Source: a virus
Taxonomy: Duplodnaviria > Caudoviricetes
IMG/VR virus record: IMGVR_UViG_3300020049_016712
Coordinates: 1-64,000 of that record
Length of the DNA stretch: 64,000 bases
Direction: 5' to 3' (one strand)
Shown: positions 36,040 to 47,123 of the stretch, piece after piece
Position numbering within the stretch: position 1 is the stretch's first letter
How the letters are laid out: each line of letters starts with the position of its first letter
Notes under the pieces: generated by a model
What the model was told of the DNA's origin: nothing
Databases searched by the model: none
Seen by the model: the letters and a program-made list of their open reading frames with translations, nothing else
Translations under genes and position numbers: made by a program

Positions 36040-37170
36040 CTAGAAACACCCCTGATCCGACCATCCGAGGTCATATTGTTCCTGCCCGTATCCCAACTGT
36101 TTGTATTTGTAGCAGAAGGCGCAACTGTAGGCCATATCTGGATCTCCATCGATACATGCTCCATCATTGAATGGACCATCGCCGCATTCTCCACCATAGG
36201 TTTCGTCGAATGACGTGTATTTGTCGTTGCTCAGGAAGCAGTCGTCGATTCCCGCGAAATAGTCGGAGTCCTCGGCCTGAGAAACCGCATCGTTCCATCC
36301 CTCGATAGCACCATTATAAGCAGTTGCATAAGCCTCGGAATAGGCTGAAGTATAGGCGTCGCAGTAGCACTGATCCTCGTCGGTGGTTACCGAGATGGGG
36401 CAAATTGGATCGTATCGAGAACCGGTTCCACCGTCCACGCCTTCTGCGTCCAGTCCATCCAGGAATCCGTCTTCTGCACCGGCAGCCGTTCCGTCTTCGA
36501 TGCCGGTGGCCGCGCGCTCGGCACAGGATTGCGGTATCGATGGGCAACTTGAGTCGTTGGTGCCCGTGGTTACCACCATGACCGACGATGTTTTCAGGCC
36601 GACGGTGATGGCTAGCGGTTCTGACTCGCAGGCCATCGAAACCGTGTCGGTAGTTGAAAGATTTTCCTGGATCACACTATTCCCGGAGGCTCGATACAGG
36701 TATGGCCCGTATCCGCGCAATAGTTGAATTCCAGAACCTGTTGAAACCGTTTCCAGAATATCCGCCAGGGTGAAATCGTAAGTGGAACAGTTCGAGAACT
36801 GAGAATCGTTACAGGGCCTGTCGTCGCCAATGTAATAGGCAGAACCGCCGCGCAGGCGCAGCCAGGCAGAGCACAGGTATTCGGCAAACTGGTCTCCAGA
36901 CGGAAACGGAGAATCTCCGGTCTTGATGGACTCGTCTCGGAAAATGGCAGTAGCCTTGTGCTTGGACCTGCTCGGATATAGAATCTGGATGGTTTGTCCG
37001 ACGAAATCGGACGGATTGCCGCGCCCTCCAGGAGTGGCCAGAAACGGTTCTGGACGCCCCGAGGCCCGCATAACGCACATTCCGTCTGGCCGCACCTCCT
37101 CGAGAACGGCAAACTCATAGAGCGGCCTACGCGCGACCAGACGCTGTGCAATACGTTCTCGCGATCCCAT
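36040..37170 (-). CDS. Minor tail protein with acidic Cys-rich C-terminus
   Basis: Tail module position. Confidence 0.55.
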   Translation of the reverse strand: MGSRERIAQRLVARRPLYEFAVLEEVRPDGMCVMRASGRPEPFLATPGGRGNPSDFVGQTIQILYPSRSKHKATAIFRDESIKTGDSPFPSGDQFAEYLCSAWLRLRGGSAYYIGDDRPCNDSQFSNCSTYDFTLADILETVSTGSGIQLLRGYGPYLYRASGNSVIQENLSTTDTVSMACESEPLAITVGLKTSSVMVVTTGTNDSSCPSIPQSCAERAATGIEDGTAAGAEDGFLDGLDAEGVDGGTGSRYDPICPISVTTDEDQCYCDAYTSAYSEAYATAYNGAIEGWNDAVSQAEDSDYFAGIDDCFLSNDKYTSFDETYGGECGDGPFNDGACIDGDPDMAYSCAFCYKYKQLGYGQEQYDLGWSDQGCF

Positions 37171-37434
37171 CTACACCGACCACGGGAAGTCGCCAATCGA
37201 GGTTGGGAAGTCTCCTCGGCCTTTGGTGAGAATCAATTGTGGAACACCCTCGGTCGCGTCCTCGTAAATCTGAGGAACACCGCTTCGAGCATTCGGTCGA
37301 CCTGCGACCTTGGCTTCGAGTAATCCTGATTCTGAAATAGATTCAACAACTGAGGATTCGAACTTGGGACCGCGCCGCATGGCCCCTTCAACGGCCCTCT
37401 GAACGGCTCTGATTCTGTCTTTTCGTTTAGCCAT
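37171..37434 (-). CDS. Small tail protein
   Basis: Tail module position. Confidence 0.5.
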   Translation of the reverse strand: MAKRKDRIRAVQRAVEGAMRRGPKFESSVVESISESGLLEAKVAGRPNARSGVPQIYEDATEGVPQLILTKGRGDFPTSIGDFPWSV

Positions 37435-39358
37435 TGGTGATCGCTCCTTGATAGAGGTATTCTACCGCATCGAAGTTCGTCGCGCGAACCGAAAAGTCAT
37501 CGCTCAGGACATGTTGCACGTTGGTCACCCAGAGTGTGTGGGTGGAACTCAGATACAGGTCGGACCAATCCACGCGATCCCCAACCTCCATTTGGAAATT
37601 GGGAGGCACCTCGAACGAGAATTGGCGCTGCATCGTGCCCTGGTATTTGAGGAATCGGTCGGCGAAAATCTGCGCAGTGGCCGCGTCCGGGAAAAGCGCA
37701 TCGGCCTCGAACTCGAGGAATCGTTCGCCGTGAACCGCGATGGAGTCCGCATTCTGGCGAGTTACGACAAACTCGGTGTCGTATGGCAAATCGAGCAGTC
37801 CCGAAGTGTTATCCGGGTTCATGGCAGGAGTGCCTTTAAATCGAATGGCCCCAGGAGCGCCCTCCACTCCAGCCATTGTTTGCGTAACAGTGCGCGCTCC
37901 CCAGGTGTATTTGCAGTATTTCGCGCCGTTGACGTTGCCATTTCCTAGGACCGAACTTGGATAGGAAATCGGCTGAACCACACCTTCTCCTGGAGAGGCT
38001 GCCGAGTTCTCGCGGATAGTTCGCACCGCGATTAGATGGTCGCCCTCGTCGTAATATTCGAAATTGGAGAATACCCCACCGCCAGCAGCGATGATTTGCG
38101 GTCGAACCGAGTACAGGACCGCGTCGAAAGTGTAGGTGTATTGCCCGAAAGTGTATACCTCTTGCCGGTTGGCCTCGTTTGCAGTGGCCGTAGTGGCAGC
38201 CCTCGAGGTGCGCACCACGCGAACCTTGTTGATCACCTTCTGCAAAGAGGTGGTCGACGTTCGACCGCGCCCGCAGATCGCCGAGTTGTACTGCCAGACT
38301 CGAGAGGTGGTGCCCGGGTCGAATACCACCAGTCCGTTTCCGCGAACCTTGTATTTGCAGAGCAGGGCATCCCACAGTTCTGTTAGCCAGTCAATCGGAC
38401 GCGAGTTTTGCCGGTTGAAGATTGGAACCACGTAGTTCGTCGCCGAACTCGTATCGATAGGCACACCGTATTCGTCGGCAATCTCTTTCGTCACCTGATG
38501 CATAGTGTAGGCCTGGGCGGCCGTAGATTCCACCGTGGCCATGGTTTGCGACTCGACCGACAACTTGAGGTGGGGAACGTCGATACCGCCCCAATCAATT
38601 TCAAGCCATCCTCCCGAGGCCTGCGAGTCGGAGAAATTGGTTCCACAGCCAATATACTCAAGCCCTCCTCCGCCTCCCAGAGTTGGTTTCGCAACGAAGA
38701 ACTTGCTCAGATTCCCGCTTGAATAAGGGTTGGCGTTCAAGACGTTTTGCCATGACCCAGACTTGTCGGGATGGTAGTCTTTGGCCGCGTCGATGTGTAG
38801 GGAGAATGTCGATGCGTCGGAATCTGGCAGGTTGATTGATACCAACGATGGTGCGCAAAAATCTCCACCAGGACCGGCGCCGACGATGGACAGGCCCGCG
38901 TCAAAAGTCCCGAATCCTGTTTTCCATCCAAACTCAACAGGAGACACATAATCCGAAGCGTCGAATCCCTCCATCCCTCCGCCAATGATTGCCGATACCA
39001 GGACCTGTGTCGGGTCGATGTTATAGCGGTGATGGAAATAGATGTCGCGCTCGATGTAAATGCCGTATTTGTGCGTGAAATAATTGATTACGTCTTCCTG
39101 GTTGTATCGGTGCAGGAAATACGTCTCGAACTCAGCCAGGGTGGAGTAACGGTGCATGAAATATGCCAGGATTTCGTCACCGAGTCGGTATCGATAGCCT
39201 CCGAAAACGGCCGTTTTGGCGCCCCAGGTGAAGTCTCCCCACTTGCCATTTCCCCAACCGTAGAGAGAACCGGAGGCGAGGATCTGGCCCCACTTGAACG
39301 TGCCCCAATTGCCGTTTCCCCAGGCTGCCGAGTTGTCGCTTGTTGCGAGGTTTGGCAT
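37427..39358 (-). CDS. Baseplate hub/tail-tip protein
   Basis: SI..HG.R...E...F...A...A..FL...P..QMEVGD.V..D pattern. Confidence 0.65.
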   Translation of the reverse strand: MPNLATSDNSAAWGNGNWGTFKWGQILASGSLYGWGNGKWGDFTWGAKTAVFGGYRYRLGDEILAYFMHRYSTLAEFETYFLHRYNQEDVINYFTHKYGIYIERDIYFHHRYNIDPTQVLVSAIIGGGMEGFDASDYVSPVEFGWKTGFGTFDAGLSIVGAGPGGDFCAPSLVSINLPDSDASTFSLHIDAAKDYHPDKSGSWQNVLNANPYSSGNLSKFFVAKPTLGGGGGLEYIGCGTNFSDSQASGGWLEIDWGGIDVPHLKLSVESQTMATVESTAAQAYTMHQVTKEIADEYGVPIDTSSATNYVVPIFNRQNSRPIDWLTELWDALLCKYKVRGNGLVVFDPGTTSRVWQYNSAICGRGRTSTTSLQKVINKVRVVRTSRAATTATANEANRQEVYTFGQYTYTFDAVLYSVRPQIIAAGGGVFSNFEYYDEGDHLIAVRTIRENSAASPGEGVVQPISYPSSVLGNGNVNGAKYCKYTWGARTVTQTMAGVEGAPGAIRFKGTPAMNPDNTSGLLDLPYDTEFVVTRQNADSIAVHGERFLEFEADALFPDAATAQIFADRFLKYQGTMQRQFSFEVPPNFQMEVGDRVDWSDLYLSSTHTLWVTNVQHVLSDDFSVRATNFDAVEYLYQGAITNG

Positions 39359-39370
39359 TTCTACCTCCCT

Positions 39371-40180
39371 CTAACTGGCTTCGATCCGCATAGCCAGCAC
39401 AACCTGAACGTCAGACGATGTTTTCACGCGCTCCTTGGCGGTCAGCCTGCTCCATATTGACTGATAAGACCCTGCCGCAATGGTGCCGCCAGAGCCCACA
39501 GAAAGGGCTGTGGCAAGCGTTCGGATTGTGGAGAACGTAACTGACCCTGGTGCCGTTGAAGCGTCTGTAATCGTTGCTGAGTCATCGAGAGAGGCATGCA
39601 GGCCAATGGCGATTTCTCCGGTGGCCGTGTATCGACCTGGGATCGTTCCCGCAGAGGTCACGATGGGGCCCGGGCAAATCCCGATAGTGGTTGAACTATT
39701 TTTGATGGTCGCGTCACCGGCAACACCTTCCAATGCAGAGGTCGACCCGTTACGAAATTCGATGCGCTGCAAATCGTCGGTCTGCGATGGAGAATTGGTC
39801 GAGGTAGCGTTGACGGTAAACTCTTCCGCGTATTCTACACCTGCCAGAAATCCGACGACTCGCGCCTTCAGATCGGTTGGGGCGGTCGCGAAAGCGACGG
39901 TCACGTAATTTGCCGAACCCCAGGTGGTCAGCGCGTTCAGGATGTAGAATTTGACCGAGTCGGCGTCGTCGGTGGAGTGATCGTTTTGCGCACAGCACTT
40001 GGAATATTGGACATTGTTTCCCTCTCCGGTCGCGAGGCTGGCCATTGGGAAATGCACCTCGCCAATCGAGCCACCGGTGATTGGAGTTGCCGAAGCCGCA
40101 CCGCCGACATTGGAGGTAGAGAACGAGAGAGGACGCGTTGCGCACTGGTAAAGAACGAGATCGGTGATTTCGACGGCCAT
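39371..40180 (-). CDS. Minor tail protein
   Basis: Tail module position. Confidence 0.55.
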   Translation of the reverse strand: MAVEITDLVLYQCATRPLSFSTSNVGGAASATPITGGSIGEVHFPMASLATGEGNNVQYSKCCAQNDHSTDDADSVKFYILNALTTWGSANYVTVAFATAPTDLKARVVGFLAGVEYAEEFTVNATSTNSPSQTDDLQRIEFRNGSTSALEGVAGDATIKNSSTTIGICPGPIVTSAGTIPGRYTATGEIAIGLHASLDDSATITDASTAPGSVTFSTIRTLATALSVGSGGTIAAGSYQSIWSRLTAKERVKTSSDVQVVLAMRIEAS

Positions 40181-40181
40181 G

Positions 40182-40593
40182 CTATTCGCCTCCAATCACG
40201 AAATAGGTGCGGTTTCTGGCTCGCCGAACATACTCTGGATTGACCTCTAGATGCACGGTTACCCAGGCCCCAGAAGACACGGAAAACAAGTTGCCAAGCC
40301 GTTTTTCTCCGAACACGGAAAGCTCCTTGACGCCTTTAGGGCAGGCCTCGACAAGCAAGTCGATGGGCTCGAGCGGCCCAACCTGGAACGACTCGCAGAA
40401 CAACCGTAAAGCCTCAGCCAGGGCGCGGCCCTCATTACGCTGGTTGCGGTCACAGATGCTGATTCGAATGGGTCTGGAATAGTTTTCGCATCGAGGTCCG
40501 CCTTTGTTGAAACGGTTCTGAGCCGCGAAGGCCTGCGCCAAAAACGAAGCCTCGGACATCGGATCAATGGGTTCCCGCGATCTAATCAGCACA
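40182..40593 (-). CDS. Distal-tail-like protein
   Basis: Near the tape measure; behind the late motif; start uncertain. Confidence 0.45.
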
Positions 40594-40602
40594 TGATAAA
40601 GG

Positions 40603-40665
40603 TTTCCGCGCATGCCGAATGCGAACCTTTGGGGTATTGACAACGGTTAACGGTAGTCATATAAT
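40603..40665. promoter_or_regulatory. Back-to-back late motif (minus, 40603-40630) and early promoter (plus, TTGACA 40637, GTTAAC, TATAAT 40660)
   Basis: Both consensus motifs present. Confidence 0.75.
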
Positions 40666-40695
40666 GGGATTATCAAAAGAATGGAGCATACAAAA

Positions 40696-40959
40696 ATGAC
40701 TAATAACAAACTTCAAAATAACAACTACACTCACTTCAATGGCCGAGTCTTCCTGACTCGCGGCCAGCACATGGTTCTGTTCGCTAACGGCGAATGGGCC
40801 AACGGTCGGCTAGAGTTCTGCCTCAGCCGCGCCTGCGAAGCCGCTACGGCTTACGGGCCCGACAACGCAACGGCCATCGTCGTTGCTCCCAACGGCGAGG
40901 TGGTGTGCAAGTTCCGCGCCAACCGCCAGGTCAGCGTAACCTGGAAGTGGGTCAAATAG
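40696..40959 (+). CDS. Early island protein
   Basis: ATG after a GGAG leader. Confidence 0.65.
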   Translation: MTNNKLQNNNYTHFNGRVFLTRGQHMVLFANGEWANGRLEFCLSRACEAATAYGPDNATAIVVAPNGEVVCKFRANRQVSVTWKWVK

Positions 40960-41125
40960 GGAGACCCTAACATACCGGCTGCGGCCGGAACGCCCGGCCG
41001 GGTGGGTCAGACCCCGGCGCCGAGTGGCAGCGCGGAGGTCCACCGCCCAAAAGGGACACTTCGACCGCACGGACAGGCAAGCCAGGGGCTATAGTCCGCG
41101 CCAACCTAAGAACGGAGCAAATCAA

Positions 41126-41371
41126 ATGACCATCAAATTCAATCTTCCAGCAGGGCTCTTCGGAGCCCTCAACATCATCACCAAAGTGCGCGCCCTCGGT
41201 GCTTTCACCGAAGGCTGGCTCGAGGTCGAGGGACCCGAGGCCCTTTATGGGCGCGCGCTCAACATCGAGCAAAACGGCCAATGGGTCGAGTTGCCGAAAA
41301 CCTTCCTGGGATGGAAGGGGGAGGTCGTAGGGATGACCCAGGGTTCAGGGTGGGAGGAAATCTCACTCTAG
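41126..41371 (+). CDS. Early island protein
   Basis: ATG after CGGAGCAAAT; terminator follows. Confidence 0.65.
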   Translation: MTIKFNLPAGLFGALNIITKVRALGAFTEGWLEVEGPEALYGRALNIEQNGQWVELPKTFLGWKGEVVGMTQGSGWEEISL

Positions 41372-41391
41372 GGCCCTGGGCCTTTTTGTTT

Positions 41392-44300
41392 CTAGAGTCC
41401 CCTGCGCGGAGGTCGGCTAACCAGAATCGAATCCTCGTCGTCTCCAGGCTTGGCAGGCACGGATTTCTGAGTTCCGTTTTTGGCCTCGGTGGCCCGAGCA
41501 ATGCGCTCCAAATAGGAATTCTGCTTTTCGAGAGCATACGCCACAGCGTCTGTTCCTTCAGGAAGCGCAGAAGGCACCAGGACCGGCCTGGATTTGTCAT
41601 CAATAGTTGGAGTCGAATTGTCCGACAAAGTCGTTTTCAGACCGGTCTCGCGCTCGATACGGGCCTTCTCGGAACGAGCCTTCTGCGCGTCCTTGGCCGC
41701 TTGTTTTTTCTCTTCCTCGGCGGCGCGCTGATCGGCTCGCTGTTGCTTGAACTGCTCATCGGTCGACTCAAAGGACGTGGTATCAAACCCGCCCGTGGGC
41801 GCCTGAATGGGTCCGAGTTCGTCTTTGAGGTACTTGGATCGCTTATCCAACTCGGCATTCTGATTGCGAATCTCCTGCGTCTGGTTCTGCAGGGCAGTGG
41901 TCTGGTTCACCACCGAATTGACCAAATCCCGAGCATCGGTTACCTGTTTGCGCTTCTCGGCAGAAATGCGGGTTTCGTATTCGGTCTGATTCCGAGCCTG
42001 TTCCGCATTGGTCGCACCGATGTTGGCCGCCTCTTGTTCGAGTTTGTAGCTTTTCGCGCGCAAACCAGAAAGCTCTTTGATGCCTTTGGCCTCGGCCGCA
42101 GTTCGCTCTTTGCTCAAGTTTTTGAGTTCGGCCTGTTGTTGAGCGGCTGGCTTGCCAGACTCTTTGATGATACGCTCGCGCTCTTCGAATTCCTGGCGAA
42201 TAACATTCAGACGCTCCTCGGCCGCGTCTTGCTCGGTTTTCAGGGCCTTCTGAGCGGCTTCCACTCGAATCTTCTGCGCCTTTTCGGACGCCAGGCGCGC
42301 ATCCTCGGCAGACTCGTTGCGAATCCCTTTCAATGTGTTGTTTAAGTCTTGCTCGATAACTGCCAGTTTGTCGTTTAGTTGACGCTGCAGTTCGGCGCGC
42401 TTACTGGGATCTGCCTGAACTTCATCTTGGAACTGCCTTCGAGCACCGGTTTTTTCGGACTCTGCATTTAGCCGTGCCTCCTCCTCGGCAGCCTCCCTGC
42501 GTTTCGTAATTTCTTTTTGGATTTGCCCGATAACGTCTTCGCCGCGTTCCAGTCGTCGTTCCAGAGCCTTGATTTCGATGTCTGCCCCATCGATAATCTC
42601 TTGTTTCAGCCCTTTCTGGATTTCGCGACGGCGGTCATTGAACTCTCTCTCTAAGGCCAACCGCTGGTCAACAGACTCTTTGACGGCCTCAATTTTCTCA
42701 AGTTCGTAACGGCGCTGTTCCTCGACGGTCAAATCCTCGCGCGCCAGAATCTCGTCAATGACTTTGATTCTCAGGCCGAGAACCTCTTTGCCGGCGGCCT
42801 TCTCTTTTTCAACCCGGAATAAAGCGGCATCGATAGCCTGTTGCTTCTCGTATTTGGCGACTTGGACTGCCAGTTTGCGTCGTTCTTGAAATGCCTTCTT
42901 GTATTCCTCGGAGGTCTGGTCGAGCTTTCCGATAATCGCATCAAGAGCATTCAGTTCGGCTCGCGGATTGAGGAATTCTCCAGCCGATGTGGCGTTTTTG
43001 AATTCCTCGTAAGCCTTTCTGGCGCGCTCGAACTGCTTGGCCTGCTCCTCTGCGGCCGCCTTGGATGCTTCCGCCAGCGGTCGCGTTGCAGAGGTTACCT
43101 TGAGCACCTCGACACGCTGTTTGACGTACAGGTCAATCGCGCGCTGCTGGAAATCGAGTTGTGTCTGCAATTCAGCATTACGTTTGTTGAACTCAGGACC
43201 TTTGACAATACCAGCTCTGTATCGCAAACTGAGCTTGTTGATTTGCTCCTGAGTCTTGCGCTCTTCCTCCTGGTAGTAAAAGATTTTCTCGCGCAACACA
43301 GCCGATTCTTTGAGGGAATCGTTATACGCCTGGTCGGGACGCTGGCCGGTGGACTTGATGGCGTCTTGAATCGCTTTCGCGGATTCCGCACCTTTTGTCT
43401 TCACCGAGTCCAGGACCTTATCGAGCCGCAGAGCCTCCTCTGTGGTTTGTCCCACAGCCTTGGTCATTTTCTCCTGATAGGCATTCGCGGCTTCGTCTGC
43501 GGCAATTTTTGCCTCGTACAGTTTTACGGTAATCAAAGCCACGGCGGTCGCAACTGCAACAAGAGGAAGAGCAGCAGAGGCCATCGCCGCGAACCCTCCG
43601 GCCGCCCCTGTAGCGGCTGCTCCCGCTCCCGATAATCCGGTTGCTGCGGCCACGGCCGCTTCTCCGGCCGCTAGAACATTGGCCTCTGCGATAAGAGCAG
43701 CGCGCGAAACCGTGGTTGCAGCTACCGCTTCGGCCTGCATCGCAACAGTGGCCGATCCGATGGCTCCCACCAGAGGGGAGAATAGCGCGATCAAACCGGA
43801 AACACCGGCCCCAACTGTTGCCAACGTCGTCCCAAACAGGAGCGATGTCGCGATGATGCTTTTGGTGGTTGGTCCAAGCTCGTTGAATTTCGTGACCAGC
43901 TCGGTCAGTTTCGACACGATGGGCCCTACAGTCGGAACCAGGGCTTCGCCGAGGGATGCGGAGAGCTTGAAAATAGCGTCCTGAAGGTTGGATGCCTGAC
44001 CCGCGATGGTCTTCATCCGCTCTTCCATGGCGTTGTCGAAGCCTTTTGCTTTTGAGAATTTCTCAATAGCTTGAAGAGCCTTCTCGACATCTTTGGAGGT
44101 TTTCAGCGATACCGAACCGGCTTCTCCAGACGCCGCTCCATACTCAATCAGCGTCTTGCGCGAAATACCGAAGGAGTCTGAAAGTCTTTCAATACCTTGC
44201 TGGGCACCAGAAGCAACTTGCCCAACTGCCGCAGCGGCGTCGGGAATATCCCGATTGAAAATGGCGGCAAGGTTGCCAGCAATAGGCAAGAATCTGTCTA

Positions 44301-44652
44301 CTTCGGCGCCCAGGCTTCGCAGTTTAATGCCAGCCTCGATGACTCCAGGCAACTCAAACGGAGTCTTGGTCGCGAAGTCTTGAAGTTTTTTAAACTCCTG
44401 TTCGGCCGCACCTGCAGATCCCGTGAGGGCGCGCAACGCGGCCTGATAATTCTGAACCTCGGCGGCCGCGCCAATGAAGGTTTTGAGAATTTTTCCGCCC
44501 GAATAGGATAGTCCCGAAAGGGCAATTGAGGCCTTCGTTGCTCCGTTCAGGATTTCTCCGGTCATCTCGGAGGCAGCCTGCCGAGACTGCTTGAGCGCGT
44601 CATTAAACTGCCTGGTTTGCAGTTCGAGCGCGATTTGTAGACGGTTAGCCAT
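41392..44652 (-). CDS. Tape measure protein
   Basis: FATKTPFELPGVIEAG tape-measure domain; long coiled coil. Confidence 0.9.
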   Translation of the reverse strand: MANRLQIALELQTRQFNDALKQSRQAASEMTGEILNGATKASIALSGLSYSGGKILKTFIGAAAEVQNYQAALRALTGSAGAAEQEFKKLQDFATKTPFELPGVIEAGIKLRSLGAEVDRFLPIAGNLAAIFNRDIPDAAAAVGQVASGAQQGIERLSDSFGISRKTLIEYGAASGEAGSVSLKTSKDVEKALQAIEKFSKAKGFDNAMEERMKTIAGQASNLQDAIFKLSASLGEALVPTVGPIVSKLTELVTKFNELGPTTKSIIATSLLFGTTLATVGAGVSGLIALFSPLVGAIGSATVAMQAEAVAATTVSRAALIAEANVLAAGEAAVAAATGLSGAGAAATGAAGGFAAMASAALPLVAVATAVALITVKLYEAKIAADEAANAYQEKMTKAVGQTTEEALRLDKVLDSVKTKGAESAKAIQDAIKSTGQRPDQAYNDSLKESAVLREKIFYYQEEERKTQEQINKLSLRYRAGIVKGPEFNKRNAELQTQLDFQQRAIDLYVKQRVEVLKVTSATRPLAEASKAAAEEQAKQFERARKAYEEFKNATSAGEFLNPRAELNALDAIIGKLDQTSEEYKKAFQERRKLAVQVAKYEKQQAIDAALFRVEKEKAAGKEVLGLRIKVIDEILAREDLTVEEQRRYELEKIEAVKESVDQRLALEREFNDRRREIQKGLKQEIIDGADIEIKALERRLERGEDVIGQIQKEITKRREAAEEEARLNAESEKTGARRQFQDEVQADPSKRAELQRQLNDKLAVIEQDLNNTLKGIRNESAEDARLASEKAQKIRVEAAQKALKTEQDAAEERLNVIRQEFEERERIIKESGKPAAQQQAELKNLSKERTAAEAKGIKELSGLRAKSYKLEQEAANIGATNAEQARNQTEYETRISAEKRKQVTDARDLVNSVVNQTTALQNQTQEIRNQNAELDKRSKYLKDELGPIQAPTGGFDTTSFESTDEQFKQQRADQRAAEEEKKQAAKDAQKARSEKARIERETGLKTTLSDNSTPTIDDKSRPVLVPSALPEGTDAVAYALEKQNSYLERIARATEAKNGTQKSVPAKPGDDEDSILVSRPPRRGL

Positions 44653-45266
44653 TAGCCCGCCTTGCTAGGCCAGGGAAGCCGTTGTGCGTTCTCCACCATG
44701 CGCCAATAGGGGTCCATAAACTCGGCGGCCGCGTCATCGTTGTTCAGCCCGGCCTGACGGTCGACAATGAAGCGACGATCCGACTCCTTCAGGGCACCAA
44801 CCTCTTCGATTTCCCAACCTGTAGCATTCGCGCACAACACCATGCCGATAGCAATCACCTTGGCGAGCGAATCCTTGAACTCGGTCACGTCTTCTTCGCT
44901 TTCGCGATCCATCGATTCCGCGAATACCTGTAGTTGAGTCCCGAGGTCGGCTGCGGCAATCCGCATGCGAGTCCATTGCTCAAGCGCCTCGCCCGACATG
45001 CGAGTCAACACAACCGACTTTCCGGCAACATGGATTAGCTCAGTGGCCGGGTTCTTGTCGGCGATCTCGCCATGCATCAAACGAGCAAGCCAGCCAATGG
45101 CGCCAAAACTGCGAGGGTCGGACGGGTCGACAACCGGAACATCCAGTTCCCCCTTCTGGTAATCCAATGGCGGAACTTGCTGGGATAGCGGAATCCTCCT
45201 GGTCGAAGCCTCGCGGAGAACGTTTCGGGAACGGTGAGCTTGACGTTGGAATTGTCTAGCGTTCAA
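44652..45266 (-). CDS. Tail assembly chaperone candidate
   Basis: Between the tail tube and tape measure genes. Confidence 0.6.
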   Translation of the reverse strand: MNARQFQRQAHRSRNVLREASTRRIPLSQQVPPLDYQKGELDVPVVDPSDPRSFGAIGWLARLMHGEIADKNPATELIHVAGKSVVLTRMSGEALEQWTRMRIAAADLGTQLQVFAESMDRESEEDVTEFKDSLAKVIAIGMVLCANATGWEIEEVGALKESDRRFIVDRQAGLNNDDAAAEFMDPYWRMVENAQRLPWPSKAG

Positions 45267-45275
45267 GTTCTCCCC

Positions 45276-47123
45276 CTAGCTGTAGTTCGAAACCGTGTTG
45301 AACACCCTCAACTGAATATCGGTTCCGGTCGTATTGTCCTTGAAGGCCGACCAGGTTACGGTTTCGATGATGCGGCCACCGCCCGAGGGAACGGGAGCGT
45401 CGGCATCTCCAGCGCGACACCGGTAGACGTCGAAAATCGTCATGAACGGGAACGCGTCGGCCTTGATTCCGTGGTCGGTAACGTTGGTGTCGGAGGTCGA
45501 GTTGATGGATTCTCCATACGAGGAGACCTGCAGGCTGAACTCGGTTCCATTCTGAACTTTTTCGAAAAAGTCCAGGTCCACTTGCTGCCGCGTGAACTGG
45601 CCCGAGATGCGCCTGAAATCGTTGTCTTGAATATTGCGAGCCTCGGCTACTCCGCACAGACCGAAGACGTGTTCCAAGCCGTTCTCGCCCGAAATGGAAA
45701 GCGATTCAATATCGCAAGACCCGGTTCCGTCGATGGCTGCGATGGCTCGCGCACCAACGATGGGCTCGTAAACGGTGACCGAGCCAGAGGGCTTAGCCAC
45801 TTTGACCGCGCGCAATGCCAAGAGGCCAAACGCGATGGAAGTGATTTCGTTCACGCCACCAATCGTATATTCGAACGTGTCCATCCGGCATCCCTCGGCC
45901 CGCTTGGCGAAAGACACGTCCTGATCGTAGGTGGCCGAGAACCCGGGAAGGTCGGCAGAACCGGCCGGCAGAGTAAAGGTGTGCTCGTAAATCGAGTCGG
46001 TGAAAGCGTCCACGGCGGCGTCTTTGGCCTGGCCGTAATCGACCGAGCTTGAGGCTGTTCCCAGTACGAAAAACGCGAACTCGTGAGTTCCGGTCGGGCC
46101 TGCGTCAGAACGATAGACGATAGTACCGTAATAGGTGAAGTCGTCGGGCAAAGTCAATCCAGTTGGGTTAGTCCAGGAGATGGCCACGCGACCGCCGCTC
46201 GCCGCAGTTGCGGTCGACGAGGCGGAAGAAGCTGGCGTGATCACGTATTTCGGTTCGGTGGCATCGTCGTATGGATCCCACTTCCAGACTCCGGCCACTC
46301 TCCAGGTGTAGTCTCCTGCGGCCGCGTTCCCGGTGGCACCGAAAGCGTCGAAAACAACCGCTGCGGTATCGACCTCGACCGAAGACGAAAGAGCCGCAGA
46401 CACGGAGAACCTGACCCAATACAGGGCCGGGAGCGAGCCGAGCGCCAGCATTTTCCAGCCGGAAGGCCTGGTCAGTTCCACGGTTCCGGTTTGCGCCAGC
46501 GTTGCACCACCCGATACCGTGCCATCGGCGGTAATCGTCATGGTCTGCCACTCATCGCCGTCCCAGTATTGGGCCGCCAGCGTGGATGCATTGGAGTTGA
46601 CGTTGGCCGTCATGGTCAGCGTCACATCGTCGAACTTTTGCGAATGCCCGACATAGAAATAGTCGCCATTCGCAGCCGTGCTCAAACTGTCCAACGGCGC
46701 GTTGCCGGAGCCGGTAACCTCGGTCAGATAAGAGGTGAAGGTCGCTCCGTCATCGGTAGTAACCGCGAACCCGAGAGGGCTGGCCGAGTTCGGACCAGAG
46801 GCTGGGGTCATCGACGGAGCCGTGGAAATCAGATCTCCTAGCGCGGAAACGGAGTGACCGGAAGAACCGCCATTCCAGTAGAAGAATGGCAGACCGAGCG
46901 CGACACCATCGTTTTCGCTGGTGAACGTGCCCTCGGGAGTCTGAGCAGCATTGGTTGCCTGCAGAATGGTTCTCGAGGCTGCCAGGGCGTTCGACTCAAT
47001 CAGTTCGCGCGGAGCCGAGAGGTTTCCCTCGGTGAACTGAATGAAAGTCGTGGCAGCCGCACCGGTCCCGTAAGTCGACTCAGTGGCAAACCCCAGAAAT
47101 GCTCTTTTGCCTTTTCCGCTCAC
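45276..47123 (-). CDS. Tail tube protein with inserted domains
   Basis: LG..ESTYGT, G....E, RRISG.F motifs; T/S/A-rich. Confidence 0.8.
   Translation of the reverse strand: MSGKGKRAFLGFATESTYGTGAAATTFIQFTEGNLSAPRELIESNALAASRTILQATNAAQTPEGTFTSENDGVALGLPFFYWNGGSSGHSVSALGDLISTAPSMTPASGPNSASPLGFAVTTDDGATFTSYLTEVTGSGNAPLDSLSTAANGDYFYVGHSQKFDDVTLTMTANVNSNASTLAAQYWDGDEWQTMTITADGTVSGGATLAQTGTVELTRPSGWKMLALGSLPALYWVRFSVSAALSSSVEVDTAAVVFDAFGATGNAAAGDYTWRVAGVWKWDPYDDATEPKYVITPASSASSTATAASGGRVAISWTNPTGLTLPDDFTYYGTIVYRSDAGPTGTHEFAFFVLGTASSSVDYGQAKDAAVDAFTDSIYEHTFTLPAGSADLPGFSATYDQDVSFAKRAEGCRMDTFEYTIGGVNEITSIAFGLLALRAVKVAKPSGSVTVYEPIVGARAIAAIDGTGSCDIESLSISGENGLEHVFGLCGVAEARNIQDNDFRRISGQFTRQQVDLDFFEKVQNGTEFSLQVSSYGESINSTSDTNVTDHGIKADAFPFMTIFDVYRCRAGDADAPVPSGGGRIIETVTWSAFKDNTTGTDIQLRVFNTVSNYS

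Noticed and set aside
29665-39358. Diversity-generating retroelement or invertible tail-fibre switch
   Set aside because: No reverse transcriptase, recombinase or template/variable repeat pair was seen in the window.
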